Shown: positions 1 through 9,953 of the stretch, piece after piece
Layout: the number at the start of each line of letters is the position of its first letter
How positions within the stretch are numbered: position 1 is the stretch's first letter
DNA from: a virus
Length of the DNA: 64,000 nucleotides
Strand: one strand, 5' to 3'
Virus record (IMG/VR): IMGVR_UViG_3300020417_001527
Coordinates: 1 to 64,000 of that record
Made by a program: the position numbers and the translations under genes
Notes under the pieces: model-generated
Told to the model about the DNA's origin: nothing
Database searches by the model: none
The model's input: the letters and a program-made list of their open reading frames with translations, nothing else

Positions 1-1695
1 ATGTATAAGAATGTAGACTACGCTATAGAAAGAGATAACATGCGTAACAAGTATGGTTGTGATACCATGTGTACAGCTAAATTCTTTACCAGCACAATAT
101 ATTTACAGAGTGGACAAACACATTCATGTTACCATCCGTTACCACATAATATTCCATTGAATGAACTCAAAGGTAATCCGGGTGCATTGCACAATACCAA
201 ACACAAAATTGAACGCAGACGTCAAATGCTCATGGGCGAAAAGCCTGAAGAATGCAACTACTGTTGGCGTGTAGAAGCAATTGGTGGTCCTGGCGAAGAT
301 CACGGTGGTCTTATTTCAGATAGAATTATTAAAAGTAAAAATGAACTTCTGCTCACACCAGATGCACATGAACAGATACTTGCAAATGGTTGGGATCACA
401 ATTACAGACCCACATATTTAGAAATAAGTTTTGGCAACGAATGTAACATGCGTTGTGCATATTGTCACCCCAAGGCAAGTTCAGCCTGGATGAAAGAAAT
501 GAATCAACATGGACCATTCAAAGACGCAGAACATTTACAAAATTTAGATGAAAAAATTTACCCAGAAGATGATAATCCATATGTAGATGCATTTTGGGAA
601 TGGTGGCCGTATTTGCGAAAAACATTAAAAGTGTTGCGTATCACCGGTGGCGAACCTTTATTGCAACAAAACTTTTGGAAGTTCTTAAAGAAACTGGAAG
701 AAAATGGTATTGGCGAAACCAAAGACCTAGTGCTTCAAGTTAACAGCAACTTCAATGTAAAACCTAAATTGATAAAACGATTCGTTGATTCAATGAATAG
801 AATATTAGATGCAGATCAAGTACGAAGATTTGCCATATACACTTCAATTGAAAGCTGGGGAGATCGAGCAACATACACAAGAAATGGATTGGATCTAAAA
901 CTGTGGGAAGAAAACTTGTATACTGTTATGAAAGGTTTACAAGGACAAATGGCAAAAAAATTCAATGGTGTAACCATTATGAACACATTTAATATCATGT
1001 GTGTCACGAGTTATGTAGACTTTTTAAAGCAAGTAATCAAATGGAGGAACGATCTACACAATGGTATGGATTGGCCCAAAGTGTTGTTTGACATTCCGCA
1101 TTGCACAGAACCAAATCACTGGACACTTGCAGGTTTACCAGATGAGTTTGATGAATACTTTCATCTAGCCACAGCATATTTAGAAACAAAACGCTGGAAA
1201 AATAATTGGGAAAAATATCCAAAAGATTTTCACAATGATGCATATCACAATTATTTCAGTGAAGAAGAAATGGCCGCATGGCAACGTGTGGTTGCAGTTT
1301 GGGAAGATATTAAAAAACAAAGAGGGTCTTTGAGACCCGATCACCATTTAGCACCAAGACAGGTAGATGATGCACGTAGGAATTGGATACTGTTTATTGA
1401 TGCTACAGATAAAAGAAGAGGCACAAATTTTAAAAAGACATTTCCAGAAATGGCTGGTTTCTATGATTTGTGTTCATCTTTGAGACGCATAGAAGATATA
1501 GAATACAATGGTGAAATTAAAAGAGAACTATTAGCAGAGGGGTTAGTTGAATTTCATTGGGACGATGATTTTGTTTGGCATTATCCAGCATTGGCTCAAT
1601 CATTGATAAATCACAGAAAAGTAAATAACCTGCCTACTATAATGTACGACAATGAACAAGAGGTAGCAAGGTTTGGACCAGTTAAGGACAAATAA
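1..1695 (+). CDS. Radical SAM protein with N-terminal twitch-like Cys module (may be 5'-truncated at the window edge)
   Basis: CNMRCAYC motif, ITGGEP, N-terminal CTAKF...SCYHP...CNYC, C-terminal DKRRGTNFKKTFPE. Confidence 0.9.
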   Translation: MYKNVDYAIERDNMRNKYGCDTMCTAKFFTSTIYLQSGQTHSCYHPLPHNIPLNELKGNPGALHNTKHKIERRRQMLMGEKPEECNYCWRVEAIGGPGEDHGGLISDRIIKSKNELLLTPDAHEQILANGWDHNYRPTYLEISFGNECNMRCAYCHPKASSAWMKEMNQHGPFKDAEHLQNLDEKIYPEDDNPYVDAFWEWWPYLRKTLKVLRITGGEPLLQQNFWKFLKKLEENGIGETKDLVLQVNSNFNVKPKLIKRFVDSMNRILDADQVRRFAIYTSIESWGDRATYTRNGLDLKLWEENLYTVMKGLQGQMAKKFNGVTIMNTFNIMCVTSYVDFLKQVIKWRNDLHNGMDWPKVLFDIPHCTEPNHWTLAGLPDEFDEYFHLATAYLETKRWKNNWEKYPKDFHNDAYHNYFSEEEMAAWQRVVAVWEDIKKQRGSLRPDHHLAPRQVDDARRNWILFIDATDKRRGTNFKKTFPEMAGFYDLCSSLRRIEDIEYNGEIKRELLAEGLVEFHWDDDFVWHYPALAQSLINHRKVNNLPTIMYDNEQEVARFGPVKDK

Positions 1696-2929
1696 GGAAC
1701 ATGCACTAAAAGAAAGCAAACACTTTTGTATGGCTCCATGGGTTACAATGCATGCCTGGCCTAGTGGCGAGGCATATCCCTGTTGTGCTATTCAAACACA
1801 AGGTGTAATGAACGGCAAAGGCATGGCCAATCTACATCACTCTTCGTTTGAAGAAGCATGGAACAGCGAAGTCATGCGTAACCTACGCAAATCCGTTCTC
1901 AACGATAAATTTAATCCTATATGCAAAAAGTGTGTTGAAAGTGAACAGACTGGAAACATATGGACTCTGCGTACCAGCCTTAACAACAACTTTGGTGACA
2001 AGCATTGGGAACGAGTGTTAGCAACCAATGAAGATTACACACATGATGATCCTAGAATGTTGTATTGGGATATTAGATTTAACAACCTATGCAACATGAA
2101 ATGCAGAAGCTGTTCTCCAGAGTTCAGCACTCAGTGGCACAAAGATTATATAGAAATGTATGGTGATTCTGGTCGGCCCATGTACAAAGGTTTACCCAAA
2201 AACTTTTGGACAGACATACTGCCAAGGATTACAGAAGTTGAGTATGCCTACTTTGCTGGCGGCGAGCCACTTATAACCGAAGAACACTATCGCATGTTGG
2301 ACACATGGTTGGAAGCAGGCAACTCAGAACTTAAAATTGATTACACCACAAACTTCAGTAAAATGCATTTGGGCAATAAACATGCATTTGACTATTGGAA
2401 CAAACTACCCAATGTAAGTGTGGGTGCAAGTCTTGACGGCACATGGGCCAGAGGTGAATACATACGTGCTGGCACAGTATGGCAAACCATTGTGGACAAT
2501 AGACGTGACATGATGCGTGAATGCCCAGACACCAACTTCTTTCTTTCACCTACCATCAGTCTGTACAACGTTCTACACTTGCCTGACTTTCACAGAGAAT
2601 GGGTAGAAGAAGAACTGATACATGCTAATGCAATCAGTTTGGCAAACACTTTGTTTGAACCTGATTACATGAGGGCACAAAATTTACCTGATGCTTGGAA
2701 GAAACAGGTCAGAGACAAGTATGAAAAACACATAGAATACCTAAATACAATAGGAGCCCACGATACAGAAAAATGGCAAAACATTATAACGTTTGTTGAA
2801 CGCAAACCTGCCAAGTATCATCACATACAGAGATTTATGGATATGAACATAAGACTCGATCAAATACGAAAGGAAAACTTCAGAGAAACGTTTCCGGAGT
2901 TAGTAGGAATAGAAGATGCAGTTAGATAA
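1673..2929 (+). CDS. Twitch-domain radical SAM protein (N-terminal twitch)
   Basis: CMAPW...PCC...CKKC, then CNMKCRSC and FAGGEP; TTG start overlaps the previous stop. Confidence 0.9.
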   Translation: MDQLRTNKEHALKESKHFCMAPWVTMHAWPSGEAYPCCAIQTQGVMNGKGMANLHHSSFEEAWNSEVMRNLRKSVLNDKFNPICKKCVESEQTGNIWTLRTSLNNNFGDKHWERVLATNEDYTHDDPRMLYWDIRFNNLCNMKCRSCSPEFSTQWHKDYIEMYGDSGRPMYKGLPKNFWTDILPRITEVEYAYFAGGEPLITEEHYRMLDTWLEAGNSELKIDYTTNFSKMHLGNKHAFDYWNKLPNVSVGASLDGTWARGEYIRAGTVWQTIVDNRRDMMRECPDTNFFLSPTISLYNVLHLPDFHREWVEEELIHANAISLANTLFEPDYMRAQNLPDAWKKQVRDKYEKHIEYLNTIGAHDTEKWQNIITFVERKPAKYHHIQRFMDMNIRLDQIRKENFRETFPELVGIEDAVR

Positions 2930-4208
2930 AGATTTTCTTTTAAATGAAAGTAAAACATTTTGTCTGTCACCGTGGATACACATGCACGTATGGCCCAATG
3001 GTCGTGCGTTTCCTTGTTGTTTGGCTGATCATCATGATGACAAAGAGTATGGCAACACCAACACAAGCACCTTGAAAGAACTGTGGAATTCAGAAACTGC
3101 TCGTAGACTAAGACGCAACATGCTGAACAACAAACCGTCTCCTGAATGTAAAAGATGTTATAGATTAGAATCAGAAGGTGATGCATACACATTACGCAAG
3201 AACATGAATTACAAATTTAAACATCATTTTGACAAAGTGTTGTCAACCAAAGAAGATGGGCATCATGAAGAAATGAATTTTACATACATGGATTTTCGTT
3301 TCAGTAATCTATGCAACATGTCATGCAGAAGTTGTTCACCCACATTCAGCACACAATGGTATGATGATTTTGTAAAACGTTTTGGATCTGTACCAAAAGA
3401 TTTAGCAGAACGAAAATACATACAACTCAAAAACAAAAAAGGATTTGAAGAAGAGCTGTGGCCTTATTTAGACACAGTTGAAGAAGTGTATTGGGCAGGT
3501 GGTGAACCAATGATCACTGATACACATTGGAAAATAATGAATCATTGGGTAGAAACAGGACATGCTGAAAACATTTCAATTCTGTACACCACAAACTTTT
3601 CTCAACTGGAATATAAAAGACAAAACATACTTGACCTATGGCCTAAATTTAAAAATGTTACAGTTAGTGCCAGTTTAGATGGTATGGGTTCACATGCTGA
3701 ATTTATACGCAAAGGAACTGTGTGGTCAGACATTGAAGCAAACAGACGATTGATGATAGAACGCACACCAGAAATAGAATTTGATATATGCCCAACTGTG
3801 AGTTTGATGAATGTGTTACATCTGCCAGACTTCATTGAAGATTGGACACGCAAAGGATTGATTAAACCTGGTAATGTGCGTATCAACAATCTATTAGATC
3901 CTAATCATTTTTGCACACAAATTTTACCCACTGAATACAAACAGCGAGTTACAAAACGTTGGAAAGAACTGTTGGTATGGGTAGGGTCTTTAGATAACTT
4001 TGATGATTCAAAATGGCCAGCCGCAGAATTTTTAACAGCAGGTAATGGTTTGCTTAAATTTATGAACACAGAACTATCCGAAGAGGATAGTGTTAAGCAT
4101 TTGAAACAATGCAAACAAGAATTTGATCAATGGGATATTATAAGAAATGAAAAGTGGCACGAAGCTATACCAGAACTACAGGATGTGATAGACTTTTCAT
4201 GGCCATGA
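2916..4208 (+). CDS. Twitch-domain radical SAM protein; close paralog of 1673..2929
   Basis: CLSPW...PCC...CKRC, CNMSCRSC, WAGGEP, YTTNFS. Confidence 0.9.
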   Translation: MQLDKDFLLNESKTFCLSPWIHMHVWPNGRAFPCCLADHHDDKEYGNTNTSTLKELWNSETARRLRRNMLNNKPSPECKRCYRLESEGDAYTLRKNMNYKFKHHFDKVLSTKEDGHHEEMNFTYMDFRFSNLCNMSCRSCSPTFSTQWYDDFVKRFGSVPKDLAERKYIQLKNKKGFEEELWPYLDTVEEVYWAGGEPMITDTHWKIMNHWVETGHAENISILYTTNFSQLEYKRQNILDLWPKFKNVTVSASLDGMGSHAEFIRKGTVWSDIEANRRLMIERTPEIEFDICPTVSLMNVLHLPDFIEDWTRKGLIKPGNVRINNLLDPNHFCTQILPTEYKQRVTKRWKELLVWVGSLDNFDDSKWPAAEFLTAGNGLLKFMNTELSEEDSVKHLKQCKQEFDQWDIIRNEKWHEAIPELQDVIDFSWP

Positions 4209-5503
4209 GTAAAACATATTGCTTGTATCCTTTTGTAAATTTAAACAGTAACACAGAAGGTAGTGTCAAGCTATGCTGTAGCATCAATGAAAATATACAT
4301 GCCACTGACAAAGATGGGCGTGAGTTAAACTTTGGTAACAATAGTGTGGAAGAAATATGGAACTCAGATTATATGACAACCATACGCAAACAGTTACTCA
4401 ACGGAGAAAGACCTGAAGCATGTAATGTGTGTTGGAACTTGGAAGATCAAGGCCTGCGTAGCAGTAGGCAAAGTGCGTTTGCAGAATTAAAAGATCGTGG
4501 CTTGTATGCAAAAGACTATCAAGATCCTAATCCACCTTTGCCACAGAGTTTAGAATTACGCTTGGGTAATTTTTGTAACCTGCGTTGCAATAGCTGTTGG
4601 TCATTGAGCTCTGATAGAATATATGATGAACGTTCAAAAATAATGGCACCGGGTCCTATACGCAGAGCAACTCCAGACTGGTTAAAAGATGAATGGAACT
4701 ACGAGCTTGACCTTGCTCGTCAAGCCAATTGGGTATGGTGGGAAAATGAAGAGTTCATTGAAACAATTAGAAAAATTGCCCCCACACTCAAACGATTGTA
4801 TCTCACAGGCGGCGAACCCACACTTATAAAACGCAACACAGAAGTCATGCAAACTATACTTGACTCAGGCAACAAAGACTGTTACATTGCTCTAACAACC
4901 AATCTAACCAATTGGGATGAAAAGTTTTTTAACACAATGTCGCAGTTTAATAACGGAGAACTACAGGTATCTATAGATGATGTTAGAGAAAGAAACGAGT
5001 ACATACGTTTTCCAACCAAGTGGCAAAAGGTAGAAGACAACCTTGCAAAAATTACTGTGACGTTTCCGCAGAGCTGGTTGATTAAACATTACACAGTTTA
5101 TCAAGTGTACAACTTTGATGCTCCAACTCAAATACTGGATTGGTTGCATCATTATAGATCTGGGTTTTCATATGATCGAGGCAGAGTGTACATATGGAGC
5201 CCTATCATATTGGATCATCCAGCATACTTAAATACTAGAATAATACCACTGGAAGTTAGAAAAGAATATGCATATTATCTAAGACAGTACAAACCACCGG
5301 TGCGTATCAAAAACATATGGTATCAACACGGCATAGATCAAGTGTGCAATCTATTAGAAAATGTAGAAGAAATGGAAAATGCAGAAGAGCTTCGATCTAA
5401 GTTTATTGATTATTCTACTGTGTTAGACAGGCAAAGACAGCCTGACAAGAAATGGTATGAGCTGTTTGATTCATTGGCACGAGCATTAAAATATGAGCAA
5501 TGA
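4205..5503 (+). CDS. Twitch-domain radical SAM protein
   Basis: CLYPF...LCC...CNVC, CNLRCNSC, LTGGEP; start placed at ATG 4205 (ATGA overlap) rather than 4154. Confidence 0.9.
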   Translation: MSKTYCLYPFVNLNSNTEGSVKLCCSINENIHATDKDGRELNFGNNSVEEIWNSDYMTTIRKQLLNGERPEACNVCWNLEDQGLRSSRQSAFAELKDRGLYAKDYQDPNPPLPQSLELRLGNFCNLRCNSCWSLSSDRIYDERSKIMAPGPIRRATPDWLKDEWNYELDLARQANWVWWENEEFIETIRKIAPTLKRLYLTGGEPTLIKRNTEVMQTILDSGNKDCYIALTTNLTNWDEKFFNTMSQFNNGELQVSIDDVRERNEYIRFPTKWQKVEDNLAKITVTFPQSWLIKHYTVYQVYNFDAPTQILDWLHHYRSGFSYDRGRVYIWSPIILDHPAYLNTRIIPLEVRKEYAYYLRQYKPPVRIKNIWYQHGIDQVCNLLENVEEMENAEELRSKFIDYSTVLDRQRQPDKKWYELFDSLARALKYEQ

Positions 5504-7670
5504 TGGAACCTACATAGAAGATCGCAGTACTGTCACTCAGCGAGTGATGGAGCAGTACAGCAAAGGCCGACAAAAAGGCCTACAAGATATTGTGATTGAT
5601 CGTGATTATAATCGTAAAACTTCACTAGCACTTGTGATGTGTCCAGAGTGGGATCCAGGTTTCCCGCACTACAGCATTGCCAAATTGGCTGGAGTGGCCA
5701 AGTCAGCAGGTTATAGAACCAAAGCATATGATCTAAATGTTGAAGCATATCATAATTGGGAAACCAACGACGAATGGGGTTTGGAATGGCAACCGTGGGA
5801 CGGTCCAAGAGATTGGCATTGGTTAGGAGAACAGTACTGGAAAGATTTACATGAATTTGTGAAACCTGTGTTGGATCTAGCAATAGATGACATCTGCAAA
5901 TTCAAACCTGACTTTGTTGGGTTCAGTTTATACTATTGCAACAAAGAACCCACAGACTACATGATCAAAGAAATTAAAAAACGCAGACCTGATACACAGA
6001 TTATTATAGGTGGTCCACAAACACACTATTCTTGGTTTAAGCCAGAACCATGGTATGAAATTGTTGTGCAAGGCGAAGGCGAACAGGCAATACTGAATAT
6101 TCTTAACGCACAGGAAATGAAAACAGGGTTTACATTTTCAGAACAGAAAGACAAATCAAAAATAATTAGGCAGGATGAATCTGTTAGATTTTCATTGGAC
6201 AATCTGCCATTTCCTGACTATTCAGACATGCAGTTTGAAAAATACAGATTTGGAGATGGTGCTCTGTGTGCCATATCAAGAGGTTGTGTTGCCAAATGCA
6301 CATTCTGTGAAGAAACACACTATTACAAATACAGACAGCGTACCGCAGTAAGCACACTAGATGAAGTACGACACATGTATCACACCTATGGCTCTCGTGT
6401 GTTTTATTTTGTTGATAGTTTAGTAAATGGTAATTTAAAAGAACTTCGAGCGTTTGTGGAAGGCGTTAAAGCAGAAGGCATGGGCGACATCAAATGGTCA
6501 GGCTATTGTCGACATGATGGGCGTATGGATTTAGAATACATGCAGGCACTCAAAGATGGCGGTTGCGAAGTGCTTAACTATGGAACTGAATCAGGCTCAG
6601 AAAGTGTGCTACTGGCAATGGACAAAAAAGTTACACTTCCAGAAATGGAGCAAAATTTTATTGATGGACACAAAGTAGGCATCAAATCAATGACCAATTG
6701 GATTGTGGGTTTTCCAAATGAAACACCCAAAGACCTTGAAGATACATTTACGCTGTGCTGGAGAGTAAGACATCATGGTTTATATCAGATGAGTCAAGGC
6801 ACAGGATTTAATGTGGGTGTGGATACCATCGTAGGACAGGACATGCGAAAGTATGGATTGTTTCCTTTCTATTATTACGGACATTGGATGAAAGCAGATC
6901 AAACAGCAAGTATTGTACACAAGTTGATCAAAATGAAAACATTCTCTATGTTCACTGATATAATTGCAAGTAATTTATATCCGTCAGAAGGATATTATGG
7001 CATTGGAGAAGGTGGTGTACCTCATACTCCTAGAAGACGCAATCTAGCAGAACGTCATTACACCATAGAATTCAATGACTGGCATCTACAAAAAGAAATT
7101 GAATACGACTATGCTGATTTTGATTACAACATCATTAAACCAGGTATAAGTAACTTTGCAGACAGCCTTGTGAATGAAATATGGCCTTTCCTAAGAATAT
7201 GTTGGCGTGCCAGAGGCGGATACAAACTTAACCTCAAATTTGTCAAGGAATGGGAATACGAAGAGTGGGGAGACAGAAATGCGGCTCCACTGGATGCAAA
7301 CTATGATTTTGAAATTGATGATGACGGAAATTGGGAAGCATACTTTTGGTGGGATTATCAACAGGACCAAGTTGGTTTTGAATGGGTAGATGAACCAATT
7401 GGCAATGGACCTGAGTCACATATTTACAAAATAAATCATTTGCAGAATGATGTGTATCAAAATGTTAATTTTCATCAAGAGGTATCCAGCTCGGTTGTGC
7501 GAGCTCGTAGGCTGGCATGGAAAGGACAAGACTATTACAAAGAACGTGATCCATATAAAGCGTTTGATAAAATAGAATGGATGAATGATAAAAATATATT
7601 TGCAAAATGGAGAACACATGATTTCAGTTTCAAGTATCAATGGAAAGGCTCAGGCAAGTGGACAAACTAG
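5493..7670 (+). CDS. Cobalamin (B12)-binding radical SAM protein, class B methyltransferase-like
   Basis: N-terminal B12-binding motifs (VGFSLY, IIIGGPQ, QGEGE), SRGCVAKCTFC, YGTESGS, IVGFPNET. Confidence 0.88.
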   Translation: MSNDGTYIEDRSTVTQRVMEQYSKGRQKGLQDIVIDRDYNRKTSLALVMCPEWDPGFPHYSIAKLAGVAKSAGYRTKAYDLNVEAYHNWETNDEWGLEWQPWDGPRDWHWLGEQYWKDLHEFVKPVLDLAIDDICKFKPDFVGFSLYYCNKEPTDYMIKEIKKRRPDTQIIIGGPQTHYSWFKPEPWYEIVVQGEGEQAILNILNAQEMKTGFTFSEQKDKSKIIRQDESVRFSLDNLPFPDYSDMQFEKYRFGDGALCAISRGCVAKCTFCEETHYYKYRQRTAVSTLDEVRHMYHTYGSRVFYFVDSLVNGNLKELRAFVEGVKAEGMGDIKWSGYCRHDGRMDLEYMQALKDGGCEVLNYGTESGSESVLLAMDKKVTLPEMEQNFIDGHKVGIKSMTNWIVGFPNETPKDLEDTFTLCWRVRHHGLYQMSQGTGFNVGVDTIVGQDMRKYGLFPFYYYGHWMKADQTASIVHKLIKMKTFSMFTDIIASNLYPSEGYYGIGEGGVPHTPRRRNLAERHYTIEFNDWHLQKEIEYDYADFDYNIIKPGISNFADSLVNEIWPFLRICWRARGGYKLNLKFVKEWEYEEWGDRNAAPLDANYDFEIDDDGNWEAYFWWDYQQDQVGFEWVDEPIGNGPESHIYKINHLQNDVYQNVNFHQEVSSSVVRARRLAWKGQDYYKERDPYKAFDKIEWMNDKNIFAKWRTHDFSFKYQWKGSGKWTN

Positions 7671-8650
7671 TTAAGATTGTACAAGCAGGTGATCCATTTG
7701 TAAACATAACCTGGCAGGTCAGCAATCTGTGTAACTTTCGCTGTACCTATTGCAACGAGTCTAATTGGTCAGGCACCAATTTAAATCTAGATGTTGAATC
7801 TGTGAAACGTGGACTTACCAAATTGATTGACTATGAACTTGCAAGAGGCTATACCAGACTGAAAGTGTTTTTCTCTGGTGGCGAACCAGGTTATTGGAAG
7901 CCACTCACAAAGATAATGGATCATATACTTGCATCTGGTATGTCAGAAGTAAAGTTTGCAGTAAACACAAATCTATCCAACAAGTTAGCATGGTGGGAAA
8001 AGAATGTGCATTACTTTGATGATGTGGTTGCAAGTTATCATCCAGAGTTTGTAGATTCTGATCACTATTTGAAAGTGTACAAGTTTTTATCTGACAAAGT
8101 CAATTATCTATGTGGGCGTATGATGATGCATGAACCCACGTGGGACCAAGTGATAGACTTTAGCAAAAGAATAAAACAAGAAATGAAAGATGATAACTGG
8201 CGTATCGAGTATGTGCCTATTTTTGAAGAACTGTCACACACAACACGCCCTTACAACTACAAGAATCCTGAACACAAAAAGTTTTTAGAAACCACAAACT
8301 TGGAACAGGATATAAAATTTGGAGTGCCAGCCAAAGCAGAAGGCATGGCAAGTTTAGAAGTGTATGCAGATGGCACAGAACAACCAATCAACTGTAATAG
8401 AATCGTTGCAGAAAACAAAAACTTTTTTAAAGGTTGGAAATGCATGATACCAATGGAAAGTATTTTTATCAACTGTGAAGGACACATTGATATGGGAAGC
8501 TGTGGTGTAATGCCACGTGTGGGCAACCTATACGATCCGGAGTTGACATTAGAATTACCTGATTCAATCATATGTCCCAAGTCGCATTGTCATTGTGGCA
8601 CAGACATTTACATTACAAAATACAGCAAAGGTACACCAGAATATGCCTAA
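7640..8650 (+). CDS. Radical SAM protein with C-terminal twitch/SPASM-like module
   Basis: CNFRCTYC, FSGGEP, C-terminal FKGWKC...SCG...CPKSHCHCGTD; alternative GTG start at 7658. Confidence 0.9.
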   Translation: MERLRQVDKLVKIVQAGDPFVNITWQVSNLCNFRCTYCNESNWSGTNLNLDVESVKRGLTKLIDYELARGYTRLKVFFSGGEPGYWKPLTKIMDHILASGMSEVKFAVNTNLSNKLAWWEKNVHYFDDVVASYHPEFVDSDHYLKVYKFLSDKVNYLCGRMMMHEPTWDQVIDFSKRIKQEMKDDNWRIEYVPIFEELSHTTRPYNYKNPEHKKFLETTNLEQDIKFGVPAKAEGMASLEVYADGTEQPINCNRIVAENKNFFKGWKCMIPMESIFINCEGHIDMGSCGVMPRVGNLYDPELTLELPDSIICPKSHCHCGTDIYITKYSKGTPEYA

Positions 8651-9953
8651 GAGAATAAAAAGACACATGAATCCAGACACCTACTGTATTTTGCCTTTCA
8701 ATCATTTGAGCATTGATCCTGTGGGGCATGTAAGACCCTGCTGTAACTATGACATACACAGCAAAACATTTAGAGAATCAGGCGTACCCATGGACAAAGT
8801 GCAAGACGTGGATAATCCAATGGATAACCTTTGGCACAAACAGTTGAGAGAAGATATCAAAGATGGCAAAAGACATTCGCTGTGCAAACGCTGTTGGACA
8901 GTAGAAGACAATGGTGGTTTTTCATACAGACAAAACTACAATCAATGGTTCATGGATCCCAAGTCAGACATGTACATGGGCTACACAGAACCACCCACTG
9001 AAATAAAAATAGAATATGTTGAAATGACTCTGGGTAACAAATGTAACATTCAATGTCGTATGTGCAATCCATGGTCATCCAGCATGTGGCAAGAAGATAT
9101 GGTGCATCATCCACAACTGGATTTTTGGCGTACCAAGTATGATAATCTAACATTTGATTGGTATGAATCAGATCGTTTTGAAAAAATACTGACAGATATA
9201 CTGCCCACAGTAAAACACATCAACTTTTTAGGTGGAGAGCCTCTGTTCAATGAAAAATATTATCAAATCATGGAACGCATAATGCAATCAGGCAGAGCAG
9301 AAGAAATCAGCATACAGTTTAACACCAACGGATTGGCCATACAAGACAAAAGCAAAGAGTCTTGGAATCGATTAAAAAAGGTAGGATTCAATTTGTCATG
9401 TGATGGTATTGGTGCAGTAAACGAATATGTTCGTTGGCCCGGCAAATGGAGCAAGTGGGAACGCAACATGAATAAACTCAAAACATGGCGTAAAGAATTA
9501 GGTAAAATTAATTGGGAAAATATACAAGAAAGCAAATGGACATTTCAATTTCATTCAACCATGAGCAGTTTAACTTGGTTAAACTTTCCAGACCTATTGA
9601 GATACACAGCAAAATTTGATGGACATTCAGGTCTGTTTCCTTTTGCAATTCAAGTTACACAACCAGAATACATGGATCCTATACACATGCCAGATGAAAT
9701 AAAAGAAAAAGGATACAAAGCCATAACTGAAACAATAGCAGAAGTAAAAACTCAAGCAAAACCTTGGCATTGGGTTGATTCAAAAAACATTGAAGGATTA
9801 ATGAATCATATCATGAATACACCTCGCGATGAATCACTGTGGGAACAAATGATTTTTGAATCCAACAAATTGGATCGTATACGCAACTCTTGTATACTGG
9901 ACATTGTACCTGAATTTAAAGACTATTGGCATGACGCAAACGTTCCACTCTAA
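8643..9953 (+). CDS. Twitch-domain radical SAM protein
   Basis: CILPF...PCC...CKRC, CNIQCRMC, FLGGEP, LDRIR...VPEF tail. Confidence 0.9.
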   Translation: MPKRIKRHMNPDTYCILPFNHLSIDPVGHVRPCCNYDIHSKTFRESGVPMDKVQDVDNPMDNLWHKQLREDIKDGKRHSLCKRCWTVEDNGGFSYRQNYNQWFMDPKSDMYMGYTEPPTEIKIEYVEMTLGNKCNIQCRMCNPWSSSMWQEDMVHHPQLDFWRTKYDNLTFDWYESDRFEKILTDILPTVKHINFLGGEPLFNEKYYQIMERIMQSGRAEEISIQFNTNGLAIQDKSKESWNRLKKVGFNLSCDGIGAVNEYVRWPGKWSKWERNMNKLKTWRKELGKINWENIQESKWTFQFHSTMSSLTWLNFPDLLRYTAKFDGHSGLFPFAIQVTQPEYMDPIHMPDEIKEKGYKAITETIAEVKTQAKPWHWVDSKNIEGLMNHIMNTPRDESLWEQMIFESNKLDRIRNSCILDIVPEFKDYWHDANVPL

